From Styela clava (lineage: Eukaryota): a stretch of 64,000 nt of DNA. Position numbers and translations under genes: made by a program. Below, piece after piece: positions 1 through 11,415 of the stretch (positions within the stretch are counted from its first letter, which is position 1; the number at the start of each line of letters is the position of its first letter). Where the stretch lies: NCBI RefSeq assembly GCF_964204865.1, contig NC_135257.1:15996001-16060000 (forward strand), in the 5' to 3' direction. The notes under the pieces are model-generated. The model was given only the letters and a program-made list of their open reading frames with translations. It ran no database searches and had not been told where the DNA came from.

Positions 1-238
1 TGGAAAATAATTTTTTCGCGATTAATTCGCAAAGTAATACTTCGGCAATACTTAAACATTGTAACTGTTTTGACTGGGCAGAAATTTTTGTGAAAGAGGT
101 ATTCAATTTACAGCAATATAAGATGAGAAGTAAAAGCAATGTATGCATTTGGTTTACTGTTACTTGCACATTGCAGCCAGCTTTAGCCTCCTTAATACTG
201 ACATACACGGTGTTGACAGTTGCATTACCACAATAAAT
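1..238 (-). CDS. Candidate terminal exon of the ZP-C-like extension (hydrophobic tail); runs off the window edge
   Basis: Acceptor tacactag|ATT at 238, phase 0, matching the donor of the 418-580 exon. The frame IYCGNATVNTVYVSIKEAKAGCNVQVTVNQMHTLLLLLILYCCKLN... stays open to base 1. Confidence 0.3.
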   Translation of the reverse strand, partial: MYCGNATVNTVYVSIKEAKAGCNVQVTVNQMHTLLLLLILYCCKLNTSFTKISAQSKQLQCLSIAEVLLCELIAKKLFS

Positions 239-417
239 CTAGTGTAAATTATACCTGCTTATACCTTAATCCGACAGAGACCTACATGGGTGGTTTGTTT
301 ATTTGAAAATATTAAGGCAGCTGTAATTCATTTATCCGTTGACCTCAAGAGTTCTCAGATGAGTAAATACAAGGGGGAAGGAAGTACAGAATTTCTTTGC
401 ATGAAAATTTCATTTAC

Positions 418-580
418 CTTGCTCGAACACTTTCCATTTCTCTTGAAGCAGAGACCAATTGTGCACGAGATATCCACTTTCCTTCCTCTGAGTGAGAAGT
501 TTTGGTAACGGAAACGGAAGCGGAAGTTGGAAAATGATTTCATAGTTGTTATCGGTAGTCCAATATTTTGATTCGGACAA
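418..580 (-). CDS. Candidate exon encoding the second half of a ZP-C-like domain
   Basis: Acceptor tttcttag at 581-582 and donor AAG|gtaaat at 417. Encodes xCPNQNIGLPITTMKSFSNFRFRFRYQNFSLRGRKVDISCTIGLCFKRNGKCSSK, resembling the ZP-C pattern GCP...RFxFxxF...VxLxCxVxLC....C (recognised by eye). Confidence 0.5.
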
Positions 581-1265
581 CTAAGAAACAAATATGCTAT
601 GATTTACCTATGGTAGGAGTTGTAGTTAAGGAGAAATATATTATTTTTATAAGTTGAAGAGTCATGTTCTGGTCAAATATACTTAAAAATCCTACAACGG
701 TATTTTGTAATAAATAATGACCCTGAACAATACTATTAATATTTCAATTAATTTCAGTTTCGTGAATTTGTAACTACAGTTCGAAATCAGGAAATAATAC
801 GCATAAAGACTACACTTTTTTCCGGTATGATATATTATTTTGAGTGTTTTGAATTTTTAAGGTAATTCAAGAAACACGTCAATTGAGTTCGTATCCAGAA
901 ACAGCATATCATGCGATTTAGTGATATTTTTTTTAATGAATAAGTGGCATAAACAGATATATTGTGGTAAACTTTAGATAATCTAATGTTGAAAGTGTTA
1001 AGTCTATATACTTAGCCTAGAACGAATAATGCCATATTTATAATGCCATTCAAACAAAGCAGGCCCCATGGAAACGCAATCACGTGAATTCGTAAACAAC
1101 TGAGTGTGGCTGGGGGAGAAGTAATACTCGACTAGCGAGCGAATTTTGTTTTCAGGTTAAGAGTTGAAATCACGCATAAGTTAAAATATTAGGTTTGCGT
1201 CGATATCAGTGCGCTTATTTCCAAATGAACACGACATCGCCGGATTGTTAGCATATATCTTCTAA

Positions 1266-1775
1266 ATGGAAACGAACTACGTATATAAAGCCATTTTCGT
1301 CATCTGTCTTTCAGTATCAAATAGCCAATTGTTGCACAGTCAAGTCCCATTGAGGCCAGAATTGGTCGTAGTTTTATCATACTTGGCATCTGATATTTTC
1401 AATAGATTGAAAGTTACCCATTTAGAATCAACTGTACGCTCTGCTGGCGATATTTGGAGTTACTTTCAGAATATGCCGTGCAGTCAGTCACTTCGATTCC
1501 CGCGAGGGCAGGCACGGTTTCTTTTAAATAGTTTTCGCGTCTTTCATCGTACCCCACCTCGACAAAGACCATTTCTCCTATACGTTTGTGGGCGCCTGAA
1601 GAAACAAAACGAAATGGGTATCCAAATATTATTTATTCCGTGGATAATAAATATAGACAAGACATACCATATGCTATTGACAGCTGAATACTGGGAGAAT
1701 GGTGAATTATATGTTAGATATGAGTTTGTTTTGACAAATATGTCGGAAGTGGCAAATGGTCTACAATCTACATAA
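1266..1775 (+). CDS. Orphan 169-aa ORF with signal-peptide-like N-terminus
   Basis: True ATG and an uninterrupted 169-codon frame in AT-rich DNA. N-terminus METNYVYKAIFVICLSVSNSQ. Splice-acceptor-like ttgttttcag near 1155 and AATAAA near 1989 and 2122. No family recognised. Confidence 0.35.
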   Translation: METNYVYKAIFVICLSVSNSQLLHSQVPLRPELVVVLSYLASDIFNRLKVTHLESTVRSAGDIWSYFQNMPCSQSLRFPRGQARFLLNSFRVFHRTPPRQRPFLLYVCGRLKKQNEMGIQILFIPWIINIDKTYHMLLTAEYWENGELYVRYEFVLTNMSEVANGLQST

Positions 1776-2708
1776 CCATCAGTAGTAAGTAGTAAATCGT
1801 AAAAATAGACATTTTTCAAAACACAAAAGGATAATTGCCTAACCGTATACCACTGACTAAATATGAGCAAACAAATTTGAGGGAATCGAAGCATGAAAAT
1901 AATAATAAGAGATTCGAGCACGTTGTGATCTTTTCCATCCATAAGAAATTTAGAATTTTGACGTTTTTTTTCACCCAACATTAGTGGAAATAAATATTTA
2001 TCGGAATACAGATCTTTATACTTGCGGAGAAGGTATTGCACTATTTGCTTAAGTGGTGATGTGATCAAGCTAGTTAAAATTGAGCAACGTACGATCTAAA
2101 ATATAATTGATTAAGGAATCGAATAAAGACGTCATTCCGTGGACTGCGCGTGGATTATGACGTCAGCATTCAATCTATATGATTGACTGTTCATTCACCA
2201 TCTGTGCCACCGTAATTACCATCATTATGCATGTATTAAAAACGAATACACAGGAGAAAATGCACTATTGCTTAATTGCTTTGAAAGTCCCAATGCAGCC
2301 ATTGTAAAGGTGGGAGGATAGTGCCATCTAGGGGTGAAATACTAAAAAGCGTTGTTAACAAGATATCATTTTACGTATTTGAAGAAACCAGAACCAGCCA
2401 TCTAATTTCATATTTCATTTTTTCTTGGTATTTTATTCGTTTTTATTCATTGTTTTCTTTAATTGTAGTTTGGATGATTTAAATGACGACAATATATTAG
2501 GAAATTCAACTCGGAAAGTTTTACTATAAACCTAAAAGTTTGTTTGAAATCCAAGATGAATTTAAGTTATTAGCATTCCATTGATTAGGATCATCGGCAT
2601 TTACATGTTTGTAATGCTTGAAACGAGCAAAACATTTTGCCACGCACACAGTCCTACCCGCGCACAACTATAGCTATGGAACTTTACTACCAACTACTCA
2701 TTACTTAC

Positions 2709-2852
2709 CTGGTTTCAATGGTTTTGTGTAACCAGAATCTGCATATAACGTTATCGTTGGTTGATAATTCAGAAGAAAAAGTCCACCCCAACCGAGTATA
2801 CTCGACATAGTTTTACGATGAACGTCAGGTTTTTGTATAATAAGTTGTCGAT
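2709..2852 (-). CDS. Extra in-frame exon downstream of the peroxidase domain; start of a ZP-C-like module
   Basis: Acceptor atcttcag|AT (2852) and perfect donor CAG|gtaagt (2709), 144 nt, phase 1 to 1. Joins the peroxidase donor GGA G|gtaaac at 3067 in frame: DRQLIIQKPDVHRKTMSSILGWGGLFLLNYQPTITLYADSGYTKPLKP. Confidence 0.6.
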
Positions 2853-3010
2853 CTGAAGATAGTTCATGACAAGTACATTAAAACGTAATTCTAGCTTGAA
2901 CCCACGTGAATAAACGGGGTTATGGGACAATCTATTGCGTATTGTTATCTGGTCAAATGAAAAAATTGTCCATAACATAGTTTACGTCTAAATTCACAAA
3001 AGTCGACAGT

Positions 3011-6000
3011 CTATTCTGATATTGCACCCAATAGGCTCTTAAGATGAGAATTGTGAATTTGTTTACCTCCGGTATTTGAAAAATCTCTCCACATGTTCAA
3101 GTCTACATTTGGAAGAAGTTTGCATGGTACTGGTGTATTGGTCAATACGTTCGGAAGCCTCATAGCTGATGGTTGAATGTTTGTTAATTGTGGCATGTTG
3201 TTACAAATTACTTTTGCCAACGTAGTCTTTCGAAGCTCACGTACTTGTTCTGAAAGTTAGTAATAATCAAGTAATACTTTAGAATTTCTTGAATTCTGAT
3301 CATTCTCACACCAAAAATTGTGACCCGCCCGAATGGACACAATGCAGAAATTCATGCTCTCGGATTTATTTAAAAATTGAATTTCGAATAAATTTTTTAT
3401 AAACACAAGTGAATTTTCTCTGGAGGTTACACTAGGCGAATGCAAGTATCGATAACATCAATTTTATACACAAAAAAAAAATTTGTAAAATTTTTGCACT
3501 TGCTTCCTCTTAATGTTTCAAGTTCAGCTAGCAAGAAGTAAATAGCAAAGAAACTGATAGGATAGAATTTACATATTCATCCTGGGATTAAAAGGAAATG
3601 CACGGAGAAACATAAGACCGCGAGAAAGGAAAATACTGAAAACCATCCAAAGTTTGTAAATAGAGGCTGATGGATGTCCTCTTTTTTTTGAAAGTTGGAT
3701 TGTCGTATTTTAAGAATTATCTGAAACCTAAATCAATAACAAGTTCTTTCTTGCATCGTATATCAAAGTTATATAAATACCTTGATTGAAAACAGCATTA
3801 GGAGGTTGGTTGTCAAACCAGAATCTATCTCCTTGCTTTAATTTGACGAATTGGTTTTTCAATATACAGGCAAAGGTTGGTCCTACAGTACTGCCTTGAA
3901 CAGCTTTCTCCAATAAACCACCGACATAAAGATCGATATCTTCCACTGACCTGTGGGTAATTGTGGATCAGATGGAGTAAAAATAATCATGTTACTGCAA
4001 AAGATAATTCGAATAAATGCAAACAGAGAACTTGGATTATTTGAAAGTCAACAGAAATACACTGTTCTGATTTGCTCATTCAAAACAGGTTGCTCAGAAC
4101 TTACTTTAATTTCAACCCCTCCTCGTTCTATATCAGGGGTTCCCAAACCGCGGCCCGCGGGCCAATTCCGGCCCGCGTAACAATTTAAAATGGCCCGCCG
4201 AACTTGAGTAAAACGATGTTGTTATGTCATTACCACAGTTTAAGCACGTGTTTATCGCGTACCATTTCAATTATGCCGATATCTCAATAATACGTACCGG
4301 TATTACTGTGTTTCCCCAAAAATAGAACAGATTATTTCAATTTTCTTTCGAAAAATATAACTAGGGCTTATTTTCGGGGCGTGTCTTTTATTTTCATGAG
4401 TCAAAAAAAAATTACAAAGATTTTCAAATATAAAAAATATGAAAACCAATATCCATTTACTTAAATGGCACGTTTTCCTCTTTCACACTTGTTAGATTAA
4501 TCATTTACAACGTGTAGGGGAGATTTCCTGCTATCGACTAGGTACTATACGTCTTATTTTACGGTGAGGCTTATATTAAAATAATTCTTAAAATTCAGGC
4601 TAGGTCTTATTTACGGGATTGGTCTCATTTTCAGGGAAACACGGTAGGATTACAAAGAGCAGTAATTAAGTTATCAGCCGTATAAGAAAGCTTACAGATG
4701 TCAAAAAAACAAACAAAACTAGACTTTGCAAATAGACGTTTCCGGGATAAATGGTAGCTCTCATATTTCTGTATTGCAAAGAATCAAACTTCAGCGATTT
4801 GTCTTGCCAATGAAATATTCCAGTTCTGAAGGAATACGACATTAAGCGCCATTATGAGTCAAACAAACAGATTGCAAAAAATGTCAAATGAAAGTGAATC
4901 CACTGAACCCCAGCTAAACCGCCGCGAACTTTCGGGCGGTAAACTCTTCCGGCCTCCCGATTTCAAATTTGGCCCGCGTCCAATAAAGTTTGGGAACCCC
5001 TGTTCTATATAGTGCAACAATCATTCACTTTCAATTCTAGATCCCAATCTATATATTGTATTTCGAAACTCTGCATGATTTTTTTATAGTGTCACTTAAA
5101 AAAACAGATATATACCAAAAAAAAACTACAATAGTTTACAGTGCATACCTAATCTACTTTTTATGTTTTAAGCAACGATTCTGGAGTATAATATAAACAA
5201 ATAGCGAATATATATAAAACTAGGTTAATCACAAGGTTCTAACAACTAAAATTTTCAGTGTCAAAATAATGTTTTATTTATTATGGTGAAGTTGTTCAGT
5301 TTAAAAATATCGCCTTTTGGTTATTCACTATATATATTAACATGCAATAATAAACTTCCTGCACCTGTATAAAGTTCGAAGCATATTGGATTGTTTTTCA
5401 CTGAACACAACGTTCAAATCTACCATCATTGAAATATTTGAAAATCCACACCATTGGCGCCATTTATTATATCCAGGTATTCCGTGGTCCCGACCTCAGA
5501 TAAATAAAACTTTGATAATCATAAATTTGTGCGTCATCCGACAATTTTTTTGATTACAGTACAAGTTTCATAAATAATACAATTAGTCATGGATATTTAG
5601 CCCAACAAGGTTTTTATTTATCTATGGGCATTTTAAGATAAAAATTTAATGCGTATTACCTCTTTGAATGTTAAGTGCAAGCAAGTCAAGTCCTGGGCCA
5701 CTTCCGTTCGCAAACATCCTGTTTCTGAGTGCATTGGTGAATTCGCCGTCTATCTCGTTTCCCGGAGTTGACAGCAGACAAGTAGATAGCCCATTTGGAC
5801 CTGTAGTTTGAGAACTTTCGAAATGAGTGCATAAAGAAGGCAATCAATCTTGTTGGAGAAGTCACTAATATAGTAACGTGAATAGTATAGTAATTGAAAA
5901 CGTGCAAGTATAATATATTATAGAAATGTTCTGCTTCCTGGTATTGGAAGTCTCGTCCAGTCTAGACTGTGTGTTTTGCATTCTCATTTAGCAAGCAAAA

Positions 6001-9000
6001 ATCATTTTTTGATCATTTGGATATTTTTGTTGTAACATTCATTGTGAATGTAACAAGAGCAGTACGTTGATCATCGATACCCATTTAACAATGGTTCAAT
6101 CGCATCAAGCACTTTCGCAAATTGTGCTACGCAATTGATGTATAGATACTCTATATAATATGTTACCTCAGATTAGTTCTCAAGTTAAGGGGTTCAGAAA
6201 TTAGAACGGGGGCGAGGGGAGTAATTCTAAATTAAATAAGTAACATCAAGGTTAAATTATGTGCCTCCATGGATATATACGCACAGGATTAGATGTTGTC
6301 ACTCACCTATACTATTATTGTATAAGCTTGAAGGGTTGAAAAATGCAACATCCAAACTGTCGTCACTCATTTCATCTGTGCTGGAAGAGGCCTCCTGTGG
6401 CTGAACAAAACTGTCCGTAACTTGACTGTGTCCAAACCGAAAAGCTGCAGTTGCAAATGCGTTTGAAATTGTAGGGTCTACTTCGGGATTGTATTGTGAA
6501 AGAGATTCTCCATCATAAATAGACAGGGCCATTTCGTCACCTAAAATGTATACCTCAGCTTAACATTAAAACGACCATCTGGTATGAAATGTAAATCTAA
6601 CGAGGATTTGTCATAGATAGAGTATTCCACAAGACGAGGATAGAATGCTCAAACATAATATACGCTTCAATAATCTTTGTATGTGTGAATAGGTGTTTGA
6701 AATTTAAGTTCTAAAATAAAATATTTAGCATATTTTTAAATGCTCCTACATTATACAAAAACATTGATGTAAGGTTTCAATTTTAAACTGCATGCATTTT
6801 CATTTAACTATAAGCTACCTAAAATTTCTTTCATATACTCTGAATATGTTATATGCTGATGCTGAGCAATGATGATTTGTCTTGTCTCCCAGAAAATTCT
6901 TCGTTTACTCCACCTTGGATTTATTTCCCTCAAACTCTCAGCAATCCTATTGTGTTCTCGAACCCACAAAAGATGAATCAAAGTCAAAGTAGGTGTTTCA
7001 TTCACCCTACATTGTATAAAAAAAATTTGGTATTCATTGAATTGATATTAAATGGTATACAGACATAAAGAATAGAATGTAGAAATGTTTCGATAAATTT
7101 GTTCCGCCGCTTCATTTTTGTGGCCCGTGTCGCATTTGCGCAAGGACAAACAAAAAATCGCATTTGGTGTTGTTTCTTCATAAAACCAGAAAAAATTTTT
7201 GACATATTGTTACAACACCTATGTTATTATCACATCACTGAGTTGACTAGTGTTATGACTAGCTGAGGCAACTGGCGGAGTTTAGTAATTTGCGTGGCTG
7301 GTCCAAATTGTTAACTGGTTTCTATATTTTCGGTCGGCTAAAACGGTATTTTCTCCGTATGGCACTTTCTCCAATAGATGAAAATTTTGAAATCTTACAA
7401 TAAATGTAGACATAGCCAAATTTTTGCACGTTTCAGTGAGTTTTTTTTGTGGTGTTTGCATATATTTTAGCTCGATAAATGACAAATGGGTTTGGACAAT
7501 AGAAGAGTTTGTTTTTGTATATATTGTTTACCTATTCTTGGCACTATTGTGGCCCGCGAACAATACAAAAATTATGATGTTGCCCGAGAGGCCGACAACC
7601 TTGTACCACCTTGGTTTAAAGGAACAAGCTTCAAATTCTTACATTCAACCTAATAACTTAGGGTGAACTTTGAAGTTTCACAGATGTTTTTTACCTGAAA
7701 TCTCCTGCAGCAAAACATTTTCCGTGTGATTCAGGTCCGGGACATTTGAATTTATTGCTGAACGTTGTTGACACCTTGTCGTATTCAGGAAGTAAATATT
7801 TCATTGGTGAATTAGATACTAAAAAATATAACTGAAGTTAGTACTTTATTAGCAGGAGTGGGTCAAATACATGAAAATGTAGAGACAATAAGCTAGACCC
7901 ATATGTAATAAACAGGACATAGATAGAAATTTTCTCTACTTCGAGATATGGAAAAGAAAATCCAATTTTTGGTTCATGATGTATTATATCGAGCAACTAT
8001 GATGGCTTTGCTGAATGCTTTCTAAAATCATTTCCAAAATTGCGTGACTATTGATAGAATATTACTTGTTGAGTATTATAATTAAATTCTAAAGCCTTCG
8101 ATGTTTATTGTAAAAATGTGTTATTGTTCAATATATTCTATTCTCTAATATATTCATAATAATATATAATAGTTCATAATATATTCTGTATCTAATACCT
8201 TCCATAGTGCTTTGGTGTTCGTTTGACAATGTTTCCAGTAGTGTCTGTGTGGATCCATACACAGTGCTCGCGTCGATGTAAGATGTTATCTGATTGACCT
8301 GTGTATAGTAGATTATATATCATAGATGCTTTCGAAATTTGTGTTTTCGTTATAACAAAAACATTGATTTCAAAGATCCTAAACTCATGCCTTTCTAAAG
8401 TCCCCCACCTGTTCCCTATAAACATTTTTTGTGCAGCCATTTGGCACAGTTCCAGCAGATCGAGATAAAGGTATACATCCTGTGGTTCTTCCAAGTTCTA
8501 TATCAGCAACTGAAACCCGAATATTGTAACAAGATTGAAGCAAAGACATTCCGCAATTGCATTCAAGTTTCTGGCCTTGTTGGTCTGTGAATTGTAATGA
8601 TTGCTATTTAGAAAATCTATCTTCCTGAATTATTTTACGTTTTGTTACTTAATTCCGTTCATTAATCTTATGTCCTGCTGTATTATTATTTGTCTTGGCG
8701 ATGAACTTTGGAATACATCCCACCTGTAGCCATAGGCGTGAATGAAAAATCATGTGAAATATATTGTCCCCACTGCATCAACATAGCAGAATGATGTTTT
8801 GAAGGATCCACGTCTTCAAGTTGCATACTAGTACTCACGCGTCTGGCGTTAGGAAGAGGAAAACCTGTCGCGCTACATCTCGGCATTTGTTTATCTGAAC
8901 AAGAACTAAATGTAAAACAAAATACATGAGTAATTTCGTGCTGAATTTGAATAAACTGAATAAGACCGCAAATCAAACAAGATATCCCCGGCGCTTACAG

Positions 9001-10377
9001 ATCAAGCATCGTTATCGGTGGTGTTGTATTGAATGTTGTTATATACATTGCATGTCTTTAAGCTTTAAAATGCCAGCTTTGTGTATGATTTTTGTTTTTG
9101 TTTGGAGCCAATTTATTTATTCAATTCATACGTCATTTATTCACCAACATACATTTTCCAGAAAACGTCAAAAATTGACTCACTGTCGCAGTAATCGGGT
9201 TCCAGATTTCTATTGAAAGGTCTTTGATTTTTTCCCCAGAAAAGGTTCTGTAAATTATTACAAGACCCATCTATGGATGAATATCGCTTCATAAACGAAC
9301 TTCGACCATCACATATTGATGATAATTCAGTTTCGTTCCAAAATTCAGCTGCTTTCTGACACGTCATAAGCTCTGCTCTGGTTTCAGAATCCCCGTGAGT
9401 ACGATATCCACTGAGAAAAAAGATATAGTACCACTGACAACCGTTTTTTCATACGTGTTTTTAAAGGCCTTTCATGAAATAGAAAATCCCAGGGAGTGAA
9501 TTCGATAGAACGACCCGATAACATTGTGCAACATTGTTTTCCTGTTTTTATAACCAGTTAAGGTGTGAGAATTTAAAATTTACTGACGGGCGACAACAGG
9601 TGAATATTTTTCTTGGTGCACCGAGTTCAGAGTAGAAGTACAAAGATTGGTCTATATCATCTATAAAATAAAAATATATTCATCAATTTTCTTGCATCCA
9701 AAATAATTTAGTTCATGATCCAATTTTAGATTATTCTATATGCGAGTTATTGTAATGAATTCAATTAACGATGTATAGGTTAGACACGTGACCATGAGTC
9801 AAAATGTTAAAACATTTACCCAATGTAATTGCGCAAAGCTGCAGTAATTTACAAAAATGAAGTGAACTAGCATCCAGAGAAAAAGCACAGCGAAGAGATA
9901 AATGCTTGCCAACATTATTTTATTGCCTTTACTGATCCTTTGCAGTAACACTATAGTATATATATATATATATTTATCCGAATTGAATAACGCAGAAATA
10001 AACGATAACATATATATATAACTAGCATATTTAATACAATATCACATACGTAAATTTGTCAGTTATTAATCCAAAACTTCAGTCATGTAACATATTGATA
10101 TTGAATATCGAAAATATTGATACTAATTGCGCTCACTCATTGTCAGAAATTCCAAGATCTATCTCCTTTCTGAAGACGCTGTCATCTTGCACACGGAAAG
10201 CAGATAATAATCGGTCAGAATCTTCTTGTCCATTGACCAATTTTAAAGCTGAGTAACAAAATATATATATGCTTGTTTTCCCGACAGACATTTGTGTAGT
10301 CAATGCACAACTTTAAATAGGAACTTACCAAAACCAATCACTATTGTCATAAGTGCACAGTTGCATTTGGTTTCCAT
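3011..10377 (-). CDS. Secreted animal heme peroxidase (peroxidase-cyclooxygenase superfamily; peroxinectin/MPO/TPO-like), about 15 exons
   Basis: Approximate exons: 10377-10329, 10248-10137, 9866-9820, 9660-9588, 9410-9184, 8894-8724, 8584-8409, 8298-8199, 7818-7695, 7006-6819, 6540-6307, 5850-5660, 5494-5365, 3950-3781, 3249-3011 (or -3067). Motifs: signal peptide METKCNCALMTIVIGFALKLVNG, YSSIDGSCNN, QWGQYISHD (distal His), ITSYIDASTVYGS, GDFRVNETP..REHNRIA, AFRFGHSQV (proximal His), LNIQRGRDHG, DIDLYVGG, LKQGDRFWF. Confidence 0.93.
4134..5002 (+). mobile_element. Deleted hAT (Buster/SPIN/Charlie-like) transposon in a peroxidase intron
   Basis: TIR CAGGGGTTCCCAAAC / GTTTGGGAACCCCTG, perfect 8-bp TSD TTCTATAT, GGCCCGCG subterminal motifs, decayed transposase start at about 4698-4865 (MSKKQTKLDFANRRFRDKW*...AICL...KEYDIKRHYES). 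Confidence 0.9.
4306..4644. mobile_element. Tc2/pogo-like MITE nested in the hAT element
   Basis: TA-flanked, ends CTGTGTTTCCCCAAAAATA / TTTTCAGGGAAACACGG. Related copies at 17217-17728 and 34924-35277. Confidence 0.8.
7112..7615 (+). mobile_element. Truncated copy of the hAT MITE family seen at 44497-45389
   Basis: Shares tgtggcccg.gtcgcatttg and tacctattcttg...attgtggcccgcgaacaat...caaccttg.accacc.tg with 44497-45389 and 58468-58652. Confidence 0.7.
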
Positions 10378-11415
10378 TGCTTACGTGAGATTTTTTTTCT
10401 ATAAATAAATGGCAACACACCAGTAATGGTTTCTTCCTGCCCTTAATCCTACATCTGACGAGTTTTAAAAAACTACAAATACTTGAAACTCTCGATTTAG
10501 ATTCGAACGACTGTCAAACTGGCTTGATGGCAATCATTTGGCAACACATTTACATTCTTGTCAAATTTTCCAAAGATATTCTGGCCTTATAAAATTTACC
10601 AAATATTATCAGGTAAAGATTACAGCCTTAAAAATTGGCTAAACTCATTATTTATCTTTAAAGCTTGCCTGTAACTGCATAAATTCAATTTGCGATTTTA
10701 TTGCTGGAAATTATTACGCTCGATTTCCAATAGTATCAAACAAATAATTCTCAGTTATATCACGAATTAGTCTGAATGAAACGAGTACAGAGAAAGTCGG
10801 AATTAGAACGAGAACAAGATACAAACGTGTAAGTCAATAAAAGGGCTTACATAGCCATTCCCCACAATACACCAATAGTTCAAGCAATAAGCTTTTCGCA
10901 GCAGAAGTGAAGCAGGCGTGAGAATCAAATGGAGCAAACGTAATCATGTTACTCCCATTTTCATATATTAATTCCTAGCAATGCCGCAAAACAAGTATTT
11001 GATAACATATTTGCCCTGACATATTGGAATGTATCAATGGATGACGCAATCGGCTTCTTTTTGCAGATATGTTTATTAAAAGCAATATTGAATAAAAAGG
11101 TTGATGTGGCCAGTGTGTAAAAATTGATTGATTGTTGTAGGAAATATTAAAAACAACTGAGTATTATTCATTCTCTCTCTCTCTCAATGTTTGCGAGTAG
11201 GGTTGAACCTGATATGATTATACAGCCAACACATTTGCATAAATGAATATATATAAAATATGCACACCCAACCGTCAATGGGATATGTATACAAACATAT
11301 ACAGCCAGTTCAATATGCATATACACCATTCAAAGATGTACATATCAACTTTGTTTGTCGGGTCATCTGTTATCGAAGTTATAATGCAATCGAACTGTGC
11401 CAAATACATATTGAT

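Noticed and set aside
609-722. Open frame GHYLLQNTVVGFLSIFDQNMTLQL... as the linking ZP exon
   Set aside because: Phase does not match either neighbour, the following intron would be only about 28 nt, and the expected Cys is missing; kept only as a caveat.
1544-2068. 174-aa minus-strand ORF
   Set aside because: Non-ATG start, partly the antisense shadow of the 1266-1775 ORF, and no splice sites that fit the peroxidase extension.
10450-10510. CTGACGA...GAAAC hammerhead-like motif
   Set aside because: Stem II is not directly followed by GAAA and no stem I/III pairing was found.
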